From positions 3,335 to 67,334 of the forward strand of contig JACVCJ010000005.1 in assembly GCA_016742095.1 (NCBI GenBank): 64,000 nucleotides of DNA. Reading direction: 5' to 3'. Positions 18,618-29,571 of this stretch are shown here, piece by piece (position 1 is the first letter of the stretch; each line of letters starts with the position of its first letter). The position numbers and the translations under genes are program-made. This DNA is from Bacteroidia bacterium. GTDB taxonomy: Bacteria; Bacteroidota; Bacteroidia; CAIKAF01. The notes beneath the pieces are model-generated. The model worked only from the letters and a program-made list of their open reading frames with translations. It ran no database searches and was not told where the DNA came from.

Positions 18618-20015
18618 TTATTTCAGACTTCCTACCATGTCTTCGGGGCGTACCCACTCGTCGAACTGTTCGGGAGTGAGCAGACCCAGGTCCACGGCGG
18701 CCTGCTTCAGCGTTTTTCCTTCCTTGTGGGCCGTTTTCGCGATCTTGGCGGCATTCTCATACCCGATGTGGGTATTGAGGGCCGTAACGAGCATCAGGGA
18801 ATTTTCCAGATGCTGCTGGATAACGGCACGGTTCGGCTCGATGCCTGCCGCACATTTATCGTTGAACGATACGCAGGCATCGCCGATGAGGCGGGCGCTC
18901 TGCAGTACATTGGCGGCGATCACGGGTTTGAACACGTTCAGTTCGAAATGACCGGTAGAGCCTCCGATGCTTACGGCCACGTCGTTGCCGATCACCTGGG
19001 CGGCTACCATGGTCATGGCCTCCGGCTGTGTGGGATTCACCTTGCCCGGCATAATGCTGCTGCCCGGTTCGTTGTCGGGAATAATGATCTCCCCGATGCC
19101 GCAGCGCGGGCCGGAGCTCAGCATGCGGATGTCGTTGGCGATCTTCATCAGCGAAACGGCTACGCGTTTCAGGGCGCCGCTCATTTCCACCATGGCATCG
19201 TGTGCGGCCAGGGCCTCGAATTTGTTAGGCGCCGTAACAAAAGGTTCGCCGGTGAATTCGGCAATTTTTTTAGCTACCAGTACGTCGTAACCGGCGGGCG
19301 TATTCAGTCCGGTACCTACGGCGGTTCCGCCCAGGGCCAGTTCGGCCACCATTACCAGGGCATTTTCCAGGGCGCGTACGCCGTTGTCCAGCTGTTGCAC
19401 ATAGCCGCTGAATTCCTGTCCCAGGGTCAGGGGAGTGGCGTCCATAAAGTGCGTGCGGCCGGTTTTGGTAATGCTGTTGTATTCGCTGGCTTTGGCAGCC
19501 AGGGTAGCGCGCAGTTTTTTAATGCCGGGCAGGGTCACTTTTTTCACCTGCAGGTAGGTGGCAATATGCATGGCGGTAGGGAAGGTGTCGTTCGAAGACT
19601 GACTTTTATTTACATCGTCGTTCGGGTGCAGCACCTTTTTCCCGTCGTTCAGGGAACCGCCGTTGAGCACGTGCGCGCGGTAGGCCACCACTTCGTTCAC
19701 GTTCATATTGCTCTGGGTACCCGAACCGGTCTGCCAGATAACGAGCGGGAATTCTCCGTCCAGTTTACCTTCCAGTATTTCGTCGCAGGCTTTGCTGATG
19801 AGATCGCGTTTTTCGGCCGAAAGCACACCTAAATCGTGGTTGGCATGCGCCGCCGCTTTTTTCAGGTAACCGAAAGCATTGATGATCTCTTTCGGCATCG
19901 AGGCCTCAGGCCCGATCTTAAAGTTGTTGCGGCTGCGTTCTGTCTGTGCTCCCCAGTATTTATCGGCAGGTACCTGTACCTCGCCCATGGTGTCTTTTTC
20001 GATGCGGTAATTCAT
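18618..20015 (-). CDS. fumC: Class II fumarate hydratase.
   Basis: The start [25 protein letters not shown] and the signature [13 protein letters not shown] identify it. I take the start at 20015; the ORF track extends it to 20099. Confidence 0.9.
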   Translation of the reverse strand: MNYRIEKDTMGEVQVPADKYWGAQTERSRNNFKIGPEASMPKEIINAFGYLKKAAAHANHDLGVLSAEKRDLISKACDEILEGKLDGEFPLVIWQTGSGTQSNMNVNEVVAYRAHVLNGGSLNDGKKVLHPNDDVNKSQSSNDTFPTAMHIATYLQVKKVTLPGIKKLRATLAAKASEYNSITKTGRTHFMDATPLTLGQEFSGYVQQLDNGVRALENALVMVAELALGGTAVGTGLNTPAGYDVLVAKKIAEFTGEPFVTAPNKFEALAAHDAMVEMSGALKRVAVSLMKIANDIRMLSSGPRCGIGEIIIPDNEPGSSIMPGKVNPTQPEAMTMVAAQVIGNDVAVSIGGSTGHFELNVFKPVIAANVLQSARLIGDACVSFNDKCAAGIEPNRAVIQQHLENSLMLVTALNTHIGYENAAKIAKTAHKEGKTLKQAAVDLGLLTPEQFDEWVRPEDMVGSLK

Positions 20016-20095
20016 GTTGCAAATGTTTGCCCAAAAGTAAAAAATATGTCGGGCGTACAAGCCCCGAAAGCGGGTAAATTTCTTCGGGCAGATAT

Positions 20096-20131
20096 ACAAA
20101 AAAAGAGGGCCGACCCGCCGGATCAGCCCTC
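20096..20131 (-). terminator. Rho-independent terminator after the S9 peptidase gene (minus strand).
   Basis: The inverted repeat AGAGGGC...GCCCTCT is preceded on the plus strand by an A-run, which is a T-run on the minus strand. Confidence 0.55.
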
Positions 20132-20151
20132 TGTAAAAAGAAGTAAATATC

Positions 20152-22074
20152 TTATAACGTTTCTTTTAACCAGCGGAAGAACTCGCGCTGCCAGGTGAGT
20201 CCGTTCTGGGGCTGACTTACCCAGTGGTTTTCTTCCGGGAAGTAGACAAAACGGCTTTTGATGCCCTGCAGCTGTGCGGCGTTAAAGGCTTCCTGGCCCT
20301 GGCCGATGGGAACACGGTAGTCTTTACCGCCCTGAATGATCATGATGGGCGTATCCCAGTTGCTTACCAGGCTGCTGGGGTCGAATTTTTCCATGGTCTT
20401 TTGCGCTGCGGCATTGTCTTTGGCCCAGTAAGCGCCGCCCATGTCAAAGTTCACGAAGAACATTTCCTCGGTGGTGCCGTACATACTGCGCAGGTCGAAC
20501 ACCCCGCAGTGCGAAATAAAGGATTTGAAGCGTTTCTGGTGGATACCGGCCAGGTAGAACACGGAATAGCCGCCGTAACTGGCGCCTACGCAACCGCGGC
20601 GCTCTTTGTCCACATAGCTTTCTTTGGAAATATCGTCGATGGCCGTGAGGTAATCCTGCATGGCCCCGCCGCCCCAGTCCTTACTGATGGCTTCGTTCCA
20701 TTCCACGCCCCAGCCCGGCATACCGCGGCGGTTCGGCGCCACCACGATATAACCCATGGAGGCCATCAGCTGAAAATTCCAGCGGAAAGAATAAAACTGG
20801 CTCAGTGCACTTTGTGGTCCGCCCTGGCAGTAAAGCAGGGTAGGGTATTTTTTAGCCGGGTCGAAATCAGGCGGGTATATCACCCAGCTGAACAGGTCCT
20901 TACCATCGTGTGTTTTGCTGAAACGGCCTTCTACCTTGCATTTTTTGATACCGGCATAGGCGGCATCGTTCACATGGGTAAGGGCCTTCATGCTGCCGTC
21001 GACCAGGTTTACGGTGTACAGCTCCGGAGCGGTGTTAAAATCGCAGCGGGAAACAATGAGTGTATTCCCTGCCTGACCAACGATCTGCTGTACGTTAAAA
21101 TCGCCTTTGGTGATCTGTTTTACCACGGGCATCTTTTTGGTAAGACCCGGGTAATCCACTTCGAACAGCTGTTCGGTGCCTTTTACCGGTGCCACAAAGA
21201 AGAGTTTTTTGCCGTCCTCGGCCCAGGCAAAACTGCTTACCGTGCCGTCCCAGCCGGAAGTGAGGTTCATTTCGCCGGCTTTGCCTTTTACGATAATGTC
21301 GTTCTTATCGGCCTCATAACCATCGCGGGCCATGCTGAGCCAGGCCAGGGTGCCGCTGCTGTGGAACAGGGGATGCGTATCATAACCCTTGCGGCCGGGT
21401 GTAAGATTGGTGGTAAGACCGCTTTCCAGGTTGTATTCGAACAGATCGGTATTGGTGCTGGTCACATAGGCCGTGCCCTCGCTTTTTTTGCATACGTAAA
21501 CGATGCTTTTTCCGTCGGGGCTCCAGGTATAATCCTCATCGCCGCCGAAAGGTACGGTAGGCGTATGATAAGGCTCATTTTCCATGATGTCCTTAATGCG
21601 GGAGGCCGAGCGTGAACCTTTGGCGCCGTAGATCACCAGGTGATTGAAGGAACCGTCCTGCCAGCTGTCCCAGTGGCGGTAATGCAGCCCGTCGTAGATC
21701 TGCACCTGGGCCTTGCCCATTTCGGGGTAATGGTCGACGGCGTTCACCTTGCGTACTTTTACGCGTTCCACCTGTATTTCCTTACTGCCGTCGGGCGATA
21801 TGTCCCTATTCGGGACAAGGCTTTTAAAGTCGCTTATTTCCAGTGGGGTACCTCCGGTAACGGGAATTTTATAGTATTTTTTATTCGAAGAGTTCGCGGC
21901 CATGTCCGGTGTGGAAACCTGGTAGATCACAAACTGTTTGTCGGTGGTAATTCCGAGCGGACTTACACGTCCCAGCGACCAAAGGGTCTCGGGTGTCAGG
22001 GTCGTGCTCTGGGCAGCGGCGCTCAGGCTGCCGGCCAGCACAAAACCCAATACGGTTACATAACGATGCATCAT
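20152..22074 (-). CDS. S9-family serine peptidase (prolyl oligopeptidase/dipeptidyl aminopeptidase type), secreted.
   Basis: There is a signal peptide, a beta-propeller N-terminal half, and a C-terminal alpha/beta hydrolase with the nucleophile elbow GASYGGY. Confidence 0.8.
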   Translation of the reverse strand: MMHRYVTVLGFVLAGSLSAAAQSTTLTPETLWSLGRVSPLGITTDKQFVIYQVSTPDMAANSSNKKYYKIPVTGGTPLEISDFKSLVPNRDISPDGSKEIQVERVKVRKVNAVDHYPEMGKAQVQIYDGLHYRHWDSWQDGSFNHLVIYGAKGSRSASRIKDIMENEPYHTPTVPFGGDEDYTWSPDGKSIVYVCKKSEGTAYVTSTNTDLFEYNLESGLTTNLTPGRKGYDTHPLFHSSGTLAWLSMARDGYEADKNDIIVKGKAGEMNLTSGWDGTVSSFAWAEDGKKLFFVAPVKGTEQLFEVDYPGLTKKMPVVKQITKGDFNVQQIVGQAGNTLIVSRCDFNTAPELYTVNLVDGSMKALTHVNDAAYAGIKKCKVEGRFSKTHDGKDLFSWVIYPPDFDPAKKYPTLLYCQGGPQSALSQFYSFRWNFQLMASMGYIVVAPNRRGMPGWGVEWNEAISKDWGGGAMQDYLTAIDDISKESYVDKERRGCVGASYGGYSVFYLAGIHQKRFKSFISHCGVFDLRSMYGTTEEMFFVNFDMGGAYWAKDNAAAQKTMEKFDPSSLVSNWDTPIMIIQGGKDYRVPIGQGQEAFNAAQLQGIKSRFVYFPEENHWVSQPQNGLTWQREFFRWLKETL

Positions 22075-22300
22075 GCTATTTCTGGATTTGGCCGAAAAAT
22101 AATAAAAATTGCCTCACGCAGGGGTATCTCTCCGGCTTACAGATGTCCACAAAAGTAGCGCCTGTATAAAAAATATCCGGCGGCTCCCGTTTATCACGCT
22201 GCTGCGTAAATAAAAAGTAAAAATATTGCGCCGGTATCTTACGTAACGGGGAAAAGACCCGGCAGGAACCGTACTTTTGCGGCAAATCTTTGAATTGCTC

Positions 22301-22630
22301 ATGAAATACTATCTGATAGCTCTGCTTGTTGCCGTTGTTCTGCCGGTTAAAGCCAGCGCCCAACGGTTTTCATTCCTGTGGGACAACCTTACTGCAGAAC
22401 AACGCATTGCGGTAAACAAAGAGGTCCGGACCCTGTCCGATATGATCCGCGTAAATGCACAACCTGCGTTTTATTTACAGCGGGCCCGGGACTATATCCT
22501 GCTGAAAGAGCCGCAGAAAGCACTTGCCGATGTATACCAGCTGCGCTTAAACGGAGTGGATGACCCTCTGATCTACCAGATTTCCGGTGATGCCAAATGG
22601 TTAGAAAAGGATACGGCCGGCGCCCGGTAG
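22301..22630 (+). CDS. TPR-like protein, N-terminal part (signal peptide), ending at an in-frame TAG.
   Basis: The signal peptide is MKYYLIALLVAVVLPVKASAQ. The next ORF at 22643 lies in the same reading frame, separated only by TAG at 22628–22630 plus four sense codons. Confidence 0.5.
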   Translation: MKYYLIALLVAVVLPVKASAQRFSFLWDNLTAEQRIAVNKEVRTLSDMIRVNAQPAFYLQRARDYILLKEPQKALADVYQLRLNGVDDPLIYQISGDAKWLEKDTAGAR

Positions 22631-22642
22631 GACTACCTTACT

Positions 22643-23419
22643 ATGCAGCATCTTTACCCGCAGAATCCCGAAGGATATATAAAACTTTCGGCCCTGTACC
22701 TGGAAGAGCAGCTTTTCGAAGAAGCTTTTGTTCTTGCTGGGGAAGCCCGCAACCTGGGACTTAATGATCACCGGCCGGCTGCGATAAAAGCCGTTGTGCT
22801 GATCGGGAAGGGAGACGAAGAAGCGGAAAAATATAGGGAGGAAGCCGAATCGCTGCTGAAAGACGATGGAGTAAAGGCCCTTTTTCTGGCATATTACTAT
22901 ACCGTGGCACAGGATGCAGAAAAAGCAAAGGAGCCTGCAGACCGGCTTGTGACCCTTTTTCCGTCGGAACCGGAGCCGAGGAAACTAAGAGCTTTTATTT
23001 ACGGAGCACTGGAAGATATACCGGAAGACACCCTGCTTAACGACCTGCGCTTATATACTGAATGGGTGAAGGACGATAGCCTGATGGCTCAGTATGAACT
23101 GGTTGTTTTATATGAACTGGCGGAATACGACTCCCTTTTTCTCGAAAAATGCCGTATGTATATGGAACGTTATCAGGATGATACGCCGGCCCTGGAATAT
23201 CTGGCAGAATATTACGATGATATGGAAATGACCGTAGAAGCAATAGAAACATACACAACGCTGATCCGTGAAAAACCGTCAACGGCTCATTTTTACTATA
23301 CCCGGGGTTTTTTGTTGTATGACGACGGAAAAAAGAAAGAAGGCTGTGCTGATTTACGCAAATATCTTGAATTGGGAGGAGATACAGATAGCAGGCTGAT
23401 CCGCAGTATGTGCCCCTGA
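22643..23419 (+). CDS. TPR-repeat protein. It is possibly the C-terminal continuation of the 22301 ORF across an in-frame TAG.
   Basis: The TPR-like helical repeats are rich in Y/L/E/A. There is no signal peptide, and the N-terminus reads like the interior of a protein. Confidence 0.5.
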   Translation: MQHLYPQNPEGYIKLSALYLEEQLFEEAFVLAGEARNLGLNDHRPAAIKAVVLIGKGDEEAEKYREEAESLLKDDGVKALFLAYYYTVAQDAEKAKEPADRLVTLFPSEPEPRKLRAFIYGALEDIPEDTLLNDLRLYTEWVKDDSLMAQYELVVLYELAEYDSLFLEKCRMYMERYQDDTPALEYLAEYYDDMEMTVEAIETYTTLIREKPSTAHFYYTRGFLLYDDGKKKEGCADLRKYLELGGDTDSRLIRSMCP

Positions 23420-23467
23420 TCTCTGAAAGATGGGCAGAATAATGTATATTTGGGAAAACGAGTCCCT

Positions 23468-25039
23468 ATGAAAAAATGGTTCATTCCCGCCTTTTTTGCC
23501 CTCTGTACACCGGCTTTTGCCCAAAACACCGCGCCGCTGGTAACCAACCTTACCGCGTTAACAGATACCCTCAATAATACGGTTACCCTCAACTTTGACC
23601 TGGTTGACGGAGAGAGCGACAGCCTGGAGGTGTTCCTGACCGTTTCCGACGATATGGGCGCCAGCTATATGATCCAGCCGGCGGGCCTCAGCGGGAATGT
23701 GGGTTTTCCGCAGTTTACCGGTACAGGAAAGCAGATCGTGTGGAACTACACCGGTTTTACCAATCCGCTCAACCAGTTTCGCCTGAAGGTGGTGGCCAAC
23801 GACCGTAAACATGTACCCATACAGTATATGGCAGACCAGGTAGACACCCTGCGCCTGCTGCATGATATGAGCCTCATCGAAGGGGTACGTTCGCATACCG
23901 CCGGCGCGGCACACCTGCAAAACGTGAGCGATACCATTTACAACCGTTTTTCGGGCCTGGGTCTGCAGACGGCGTTGCAAAGCTTCACCTACAGCGGCAT
24001 TTCGGCGGGGAATATCATCGGTAAATCAGCCGGTATTACTCATGAGTCTGAGGTATACATCATAGACGGACATTTTGACGGGGTACCTGCCGGTCCGGCG
24101 GCCGACGATAACGCTTCTGCCGTGATCGGGGTGCTGGAAGCCGCCCGTATCCTGAGTCAGTACAATTTTAAGAAGACCCTGCGTTTTATCGCGTTCGACC
24201 TGGAAGAGGCCGGGCTCATCGGCAGTGCCGAATATGTGAACAACGGACTGCTGCCCCGGGAGCAGGTAAAAGGCGTACTGAATTTCGAAATGATCGGGTA
24301 TTATTCCGAACGGAACAACTCACAGACCTTCCCTTTGGGCTTCGGCCTGCTTTTCCCCGCTGCGGAAACGGCCGTGGCGGCCGATACGTTCAAGGGAAAT
24401 TTCATTACGAATGTGGCCAATACGGCCTCTTCACCCCTGCGTCAGAAGTTTGATCAGTGTGCAGCGGCCTATGTACCGGCGCTGCGCGTGATCTCGATAG
24501 AGGCGCCGGGCAATTCCGAAATTGCACCGGACCTGCGCCGCAGCGATCATGCCGTTTTCTGGGATAAGGGCTACCAGGCGCTGATGCTTACCGACGGCGC
24601 CAATTTCCGCAATCACAATTACCATACAGCCAACGATGTATCCGATTCGCTGAATTTCGAATTCATTGCCAATGTGGTCAAAGCGACGCTTGCCACCGCT
24701 GCAGAACTGGCGGAACCCATCAGTTACGGCGAAGCTACCGTAGATGTGACCCTGCCGGATGTAACCTCTTCCCTGCAGGCATACGGTGGCAAGGAATTTC
24801 TGATGCAACTGATCCCCAATCCGGCCGACGATAAACTGAGCGTTCGCTGGAATACGGCCGCAGAACCTCAGACTATCCGCCTGAGCGATGCCTCCGGACG
24901 TATGCTCTATCAGTCGGGACTGAGTACTTCTGCCGCACAGCATCATATACAAACGGGCGCATTCCCGGCGGGCATGTACATTCTTACTTTACAGGGAAAA
25001 GGCTGGGAAAAGAGTGAAAAGCTGCTGATCCAGCGGTAA
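23468..25039 (+). CDS. M28-family metallopeptidase with a T9SS C-terminal sorting domain.
   Basis: The signal peptide is MKKWFIPAFFALCTPAFAQ. The M28 core (HFDGVPAGPAADDNASAVIGVLE...DLEEAGLIGS) is followed by a C-terminal ~80-aa Por/T9SS-type domain (...KLSVRWN...MLYQSG...GMYILTLQ). Confidence 0.75.
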   Translation: MKKWFIPAFFALCTPAFAQNTAPLVTNLTALTDTLNNTVTLNFDLVDGESDSLEVFLTVSDDMGASYMIQPAGLSGNVGFPQFTGTGKQIVWNYTGFTNPLNQFRLKVVANDRKHVPIQYMADQVDTLRLLHDMSLIEGVRSHTAGAAHLQNVSDTIYNRFSGLGLQTALQSFTYSGISAGNIIGKSAGITHESEVYIIDGHFDGVPAGPAADDNASAVIGVLEAARILSQYNFKKTLRFIAFDLEEAGLIGSAEYVNNGLLPREQVKGVLNFEMIGYYSERNNSQTFPLGFGLLFPAAETAVAADTFKGNFITNVANTASSPLRQKFDQCAAAYVPALRVISIEAPGNSEIAPDLRRSDHAVFWDKGYQALMLTDGANFRNHNYHTANDVSDSLNFEFIANVVKATLATAAELAEPISYGEATVDVTLPDVTSSLQAYGGKEFLMQLIPNPADDKLSVRWNTAAEPQTIRLSDASGRMLYQSGLSTSAAQHHIQTGAFPAGMYILTLQGKGWEKSEKLLIQR

Positions 25040-25042
25040 TTA

Positions 25043-25942
25043 TCAGGACAAGGGCATGGACTGTTCGATATACGCATTGCCTAAATGATTTTCTATGATC
25101 TTAACGGCATAAGTATGTGAGAAGCTGTGCATAAATGCATGATGTGCGGATAATACAAGGTCTTGTAAGTTCTGATCGTCTTCAAGCGAAATAATGTTAA
25201 GGCCGCTTGTTTCACATTCTTTTTTCGAAATGTGACGGGCATGCGATTTTTGTTCTTTATGATCGCCAAACGTCTTCAGAATTTTATTGACCTTATCTTC
25301 ATCCCCGGCACACATATTATTGAGTAACCAATTGTGAACCATGCGTTCAGACCACTCTATGGCCCGCTGACATGAACCCAGTAAGGTGGGGTGATATTTG
25401 CTGATAATTACCTGCCAGAGCGGGGCCGAAGCGGGATTTTGTCTGAGGTCCTGCTTTGCGGTTTCAAATTCATCTAAAATAGCCTGACAGGCGATACCAC
25501 CCATTTGCGGATCGATCGGGCCGAGATTGGATTGTTTACCCATAATGATCTCCCGCGCACAAAAAGCGATCATTGTGCCTGCAGACATAGAGATCTGGGG
25601 TACGATAACCCGTATGTCCTTATCGAAAATGGAATATAAATAATCTACAAGTGATTCTGTTGCTGCAACATCGCCGCCCGGGGTATGCAGAATGAGATCA
25701 AGTCCTTTTTTCCGGGGGAGTTTATTTACAGCTAACATAAATCCGGATTTATCCTTGTCATTTACTTCTGTGTCCGGGGCATCCGGTTTTTGAAGCCAGC
25801 CGGAATAATAGGCAATAACGTTCCGCCCTGTTTTTTGAGCGATTAGGGTCAGGTATTTTTTGCGGGTGGCATCCAGGGCATTGCCTGCATGACCGGGAGG
25901 TACACGCTGGATTTCTGTCCAGACTTCTTTTGAGTTGGCCAT
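25043..25942 (-). CDS. SDH-family (S49-like) ClpP-fold serine proteinase.
   Basis: The LILHTPGGDVAAT and ISMSAGTMIA motifs fit a ClpP/SppA-fold nucleophile elbow. The protein is 299 aa with no signal peptide, and its DNA is AT-rich. Confidence 0.55.
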   Translation of the reverse strand: MANSKEVWTEIQRVPPGHAGNALDATRKKYLTLIAQKTGRNVIAYYSGWLQKPDAPDTEVNDKDKSGFMLAVNKLPRKKGLDLILHTPGGDVAATESLVDYLYSIFDKDIRVIVPQISMSAGTMIAFCAREIIMGKQSNLGPIDPQMGGIACQAILDEFETAKQDLRQNPASAPLWQVIISKYHPTLLGSCQRAIEWSERMVHNWLLNNMCAGDEDKVNKILKTFGDHKEQKSHARHISKKECETSGLNIISLEDDQNLQDLVLSAHHAFMHSFSHTYAVKIIENHLGNAYIEQSMPLS

Positions 25943-25976
25943 TTTTAGTTAAGGAAAAGGGTGAATAAAACAGGAA

Positions 25977-26171
25977 CTACCGGATGAGTGTAGTGGAGTC
26001 TGTGATCTTAACGGGAGAATACTTTTTGTAGATGCTCAGTTTAACAAAGCGGTCTCCGGGAGAGTTCCATTCTTTTCCCTGATTTGTTTTGGAAAAATCA
26101 GGAACGATCTTTTTGTATTCTTCAAAAAAATTGTTGTTATCAGCCGTCTTTTTTGCGCTGTCTTTTTTCAT
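25977..26171 (-). CDS. Small (64-aa) lysine-rich hypothetical protein immediately upstream of the SDH protease on the same strand.
   Basis: The ORF sits 34 bp upstream of the protease start. A TAttTTTG-type -7 box (plus strand CAAAAATA at 26200–26207) lies 29 bp upstream of its ATG. Confidence 0.4.
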   Translation of the reverse strand: MKKDSAKKTADNNNFFEEYKKIVPDFSKTNQGKEWNSPGDRFVKLSIYKKYSPVKITDSTTLIR

Positions 26172-26328
26172 GTGTAGAAAATAAGTGTTAGTATGTGATC
26201 AAAAATAGGCTATTTAATTCTGCATGCATGCATTGTTTACTTCTTTTAACAAACATCTTTGCGTGGAAAAAATGAGCATTTTTAATTCTGGTCTTGAATA
26301 TTTCCGCAGGCAAACCGCCCCGGGGCCC

Positions 26329-27057
26329 TCATGCTCTCAGCATCTCCAGTATCTGCTGTTCCGCTGCTTCGCTCAGCGCTTTTACATCGTTGTTGAAATC
26401 GGCCGGGTACAGGGGCCTGCCCGTTAATACCCGTACTTTGCCGGGTCCGCCTGCCGGGTATAATACGTTGTAGGTGAAGGGCAGGCGCTTCAGGTTGTCG
26501 GGGAAGGCCACCGGTATCACCGGGGCGCCGGTATCGACAGACAGCTTAAACGCACCGTTCTTAAAGGGGTTCATTCTGCCCGGCTCGTACTGCATCGTTC
26601 CCTCCGGGAAAAGCACAATGGAACTGCCGTTCTTTACATCGTCCGCGGCCCGTTGCATGGCCTTGAAACTATCGGTCATACTGTCGCGCAGGATCGGTAT
26701 ATGCGTTTTGCCGAACATTACCCCGAACAGTTTGTGGTTGGCCAGTTCGCGCTTGGCCACAAAATGGAAATACTCGGGTACCAGGTCGTACATGATCAGG
26801 ATGTCCAGCGCGCTGCAATGATTGGCTACCCATATTTTCGGGCCCTCCGGCAGGGGTTCCGCGTGTTGTATGCGTACCCGTATGCCCGACCAGAACAACA
26901 GCCAGCCGGCCCAGAAGCGTTGTACCTTCAGGGCGGTTTTGTACCAGCGTGGCCCCGAAAAGAGCCACCATCGAAAGAAAGGGTAGAAGAAGATCAGGGT
27001 GCAAAAGAAATTGGCGAAGAAGAACAGTCGCCAGACTTTTACCGCCAGTTTTTTCAT
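26329..27057 (-). CDS. plsC: 1-acyl-sn-glycerol-3-phosphate acyltransferase (lysophospholipid acyltransferase).
   Basis: The HxxxxD motif (NHCSALDI) and FPEGT motif are present. An N-terminal transmembrane region precedes them. Confidence 0.75.
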   Translation of the reverse strand: MKKLAVKVWRLFFFANFFCTLIFFYPFFRWWLFSGPRWYKTALKVQRFWAGWLLFWSGIRVRIQHAEPLPEGPKIWVANHCSALDILIMYDLVPEYFHFVAKRELANHKLFGVMFGKTHIPILRDSMTDSFKAMQRAADDVKNGSSIVLFPEGTMQYEPGRMNPFKNGAFKLSVDTGAPVIPVAFPDNLKRLPFTYNVLYPAGGPGKVRVLTGRPLYPADFNNDVKALSEAAEQQILEMLRA

Positions 27058-28812
27058 TTATTCCGTGCTTTGTGTTAATGCAATGCTCAGTTCCTGCAGC
27101 TGTTCGTCGTGTATGGCCGAGGGTGCGTCGATCATTACGTCGCGGCCCGAGTTGTTTTTCGGGAAAGCAATGAAGTCGCGGATCACTTCGGCACCCCCGA
27201 ACAGGGCGCAGAGACGGTCGAAACCGAAAGCGATACCTCCGTGCGGCGGCGCTCCGTATTCAAAAGCGTTCATCAGGAAACCGAACTGGCGTTGTGCTTC
27301 TTCCGGGCTAAAGCCCAGCAGGGAGAACATTTTGGCCTGCAGCTCCTTGTTGAAGATACGGATACTTCCTCCGCCCACTTCCACGCCGTTGATCACCATA
27401 TCGTAGGCATTGGCGCGTACGGCGCCGGGATCGCTGTCCAGCAGATGTATGTCTTCGGGCTTGGGCGAGGTAAAGGGGTGGTGCATAGCGTGGTAGCGGC
27501 CGCTTTCCTCATCGAATTCGAGCAGCGGAAAGTCTACCACCCAGTGGCAGGAATAGTTGTCTTTATGGCGCAGACCGAGGCGTGTGCCCATTTCCAGGCG
27601 CAGCTCGTTCAGCTGTTTGCGGGTCTTGTTCGCGGTCCCGGCCAGTACCAGTATCAGGTCGCCCGGTTTGGCACCGAAGGCCTCCGCCCATTTTTTCAGT
27701 TCGTCTTCGTTAAAGAATTTATCTACGGACGATTTCAGGCTGCCGTCTTCGTTCACCCGGCAGTAGATCAGGCCGGTGGCCCCGATCTGCGGACGTTTTA
27801 CAAACTCCGTCAGTTCGTCCAGTTGTTTGCGCGTGAGGCTGTTGGCCCCTTCGGCACAGATGCCCGCCACCAGTTCGGCATTGTCGAACACGGCAAAACC
27901 TTTGTTCTGTACAATTTCGTTCAGCTCCACGAACTTCATCCCGAAACGGATATCGGGTTTGTCGCTGCCGTAGTATTTCATGGCGTCGGCATACGTCATG
28001 CGCTCCATGGCCGGTATATCGATGCCTTTTACTTTTTTGAACAGGTGCCGTACCAATCCTTCAAAGGTCCCCAGGATATCTTCCTGTTCCACAAAGGCCA
28101 TTTCACAGTCGATCTGGGTAAATTCGGGCTGACGGTCGGCACGCAGGTCTTCGTCGCGGAAACATTTTACGATCTGGTAATAACGGTCAAAGCCCGAAAC
28201 CATCAGCAGTTGCTTAAAGGTCTGGGGCGATTGCGGCAGGGCGTAGAACTGGCCCGGGTTCATGCGCGATGGCACTACAAAGTCACGTGCGCCTTCAGGC
28301 GTAGATTTGATCAGCACGGGCGTTTCCACTTCCAGGAACTGCTGTCCGTCCAGGTAATTGCGGGTTTCAATGGCTATGCGGTGCCGCAGTTCCAGGTTTT
28401 TGCGCACCGTGTTGCGGCGCAGGTCCAGGTAGCGGTAGCGCATACGCAGGTCGTCGCCGCCGTCGGTCTCGTCCTCAATGGTAAAGGGCGGGGTAATGGC
28501 GCTGTTCAGTATTTCGATGCTTTCGGCAATGATCTCGATATCGCCGGTGGGCATATTCGGGTTTTTGCTGCTGCGTTCGGCCACAGAACCTTTTACCTGT
28601 ACCACGAATTCGCGGCCCAGTTTCTTGGCTTCCTCGCAGAGGGCCGGGTTGGTTTCCATGTTGAACGCCAGCTGCGTAATGCCGTAACGGTCGCGCAGGT
28701 CAATGAACAATAATCCTCCCAGGTCTTTGCTGCGCTGTACCCAGCCGGCCAGCGTAACGGTCTTTCCGGCATCGCCGGCACGTAATTCTCCACAAGTGTG
28801 CGTACGGAACAT
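27058..28812 (-). CDS. aspS: Aspartate--tRNA ligase.
   Basis: The start [11 protein letters not shown] is followed by class II motifs ([24 protein letters not shown]). The bacterial-type GAD insertion is present; the protein is ~585 aa from the chosen start. Confidence 0.85.
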   Translation of the reverse strand: MFRTHTCGELRAGDAGKTVTLAGWVQRSKDLGGLLFIDLRDRYGITQLAFNMETNPALCEEAKKLGREFVVQVKGSVAERSSKNPNMPTGDIEIIAESIEILNSAITPPFTIEDETDGGDDLRMRYRYLDLRRNTVRKNLELRHRIAIETRNYLDGQQFLEVETPVLIKSTPEGARDFVVPSRMNPGQFYALPQSPQTFKQLLMVSGFDRYYQIVKCFRDEDLRADRQPEFTQIDCEMAFVEQEDILGTFEGLVRHLFKKVKGIDIPAMERMTYADAMKYYGSDKPDIRFGMKFVELNEIVQNKGFAVFDNAELVAGICAEGANSLTRKQLDELTEFVKRPQIGATGLIYCRVNEDGSLKSSVDKFFNEDELKKWAEAFGAKPGDLILVLAGTANKTRKQLNELRLEMGTRLGLRHKDNYSCHWVVDFPLLEFDEESGRYHAMHHPFTSPKPEDIHLLDSDPGAVRANAYDMVINGVEVGGGSIRIFNKELQAKMFSLLGFSPEEAQRQFGFLMNAFEYGAPPHGGIAFGFDRLCALFGGAEVIRDFIAFPKNNSGRDVMIDAPSAIHDEQLQELSIALTQSTE

Positions 28813-28990
28813 ATAGCTTCTGTAATTTGACTGCGAATATCGGAAAAAATACAAAGGGAGAGACCGGAGACGGCTTTCAGTTCTTTTTGGACGCTTTGAT
28901 GTCCGAAAGAAAGTATTGTTCAATACCACCTCGGAAGAATATTGTCAACGCAGGAAACAGAATATGAAATAAGTATTATTTTGGCTGTAT

Positions 28991-29506
28991 ATGCGTAAAG
29001 ATATCGGACGTCTGTTCATGCAAACTTTTTTTGGCATAATTGTTATAACTATGATAACAGGGAGTGCCGGTGCACAGACCTGGAAGCTGAAAATGCCTGA
29101 AGGGGGAGCGTATTTTGAATGGAGGCAGGGCAGAAATACAAATGCGCTGGGATACACAGGTATGAAAGTGGCATATTTTCAGAAATGTGACCCGACAAGA
29201 GACTCACTTGTAAGAACAGGATTACTTGTCGTAAACCAAATGACGTTTTTGGATACGAATATTTTTGGTAAACAGATGTTTACGCTGGTTGATTCACTAT
29301 GGAAAGAAACGTTGGTTGTCTTTAAGAGAGGAAACTCTCTGCAACTGTATTTAAATATCCTTTCCTCAACAGGGGTTTCTTTGAATAAAGTTTCCGGGTC
29401 TAATGCCAATTGGTTTTTCTGGCATACGGAAGTAGAGCAGCGAAAAGTATATCATGTCGTTTTTCAGAAAAGGCAGTCGGGCTTTTATTATGCATATACG
29501 GAATAG
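28991..29506 (+). CDS. Hypothetical secreted protein.
   Basis: A hydrophobic N-terminus (IIVITMITGSAGAQ) is present. It lies in an AT-rich region and I recognise no motifs. Confidence 0.4.
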   Translation: MRKDIGRLFMQTFFGIIVITMITGSAGAQTWKLKMPEGGAYFEWRQGRNTNALGYTGMKVAYFQKCDPTRDSLVRTGLLVVNQMTFLDTNIFGKQMFTLVDSLWKETLVVFKRGNSLQLYLNILSSTGVSLNKVSGSNANWFFWHTEVEQRKVYHVVFQKRQSGFYYAYTE

Positions 29507-29571
29507 AGTAGCCTGTTTTAGTGCATGCAGCCGGAATGAAACTGTATATTTGCCACAGAATTTTACTGAAC

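Noticed and set aside
18549-19832. A 427-aa plus-strand ORF overlapping fumC.
   Set aside because: fumC on the minus strand carries the GSSxMPxKxN fumarase signature. The plus-strand ORF has an artefactual composition.
20224-21615. A 463-aa plus-strand ORF antisense to the S9 peptidase.
   Set aside because: The minus-strand gene has a signal peptide plus a GxSxG catalytic motif. The plus-strand ORF is a low-complexity G/A/V/H artefact.
27109-28713. A 534-aa plus-strand ORF antisense to aspS.
   Set aside because: aspS class II motifs are clear on the minus strand.
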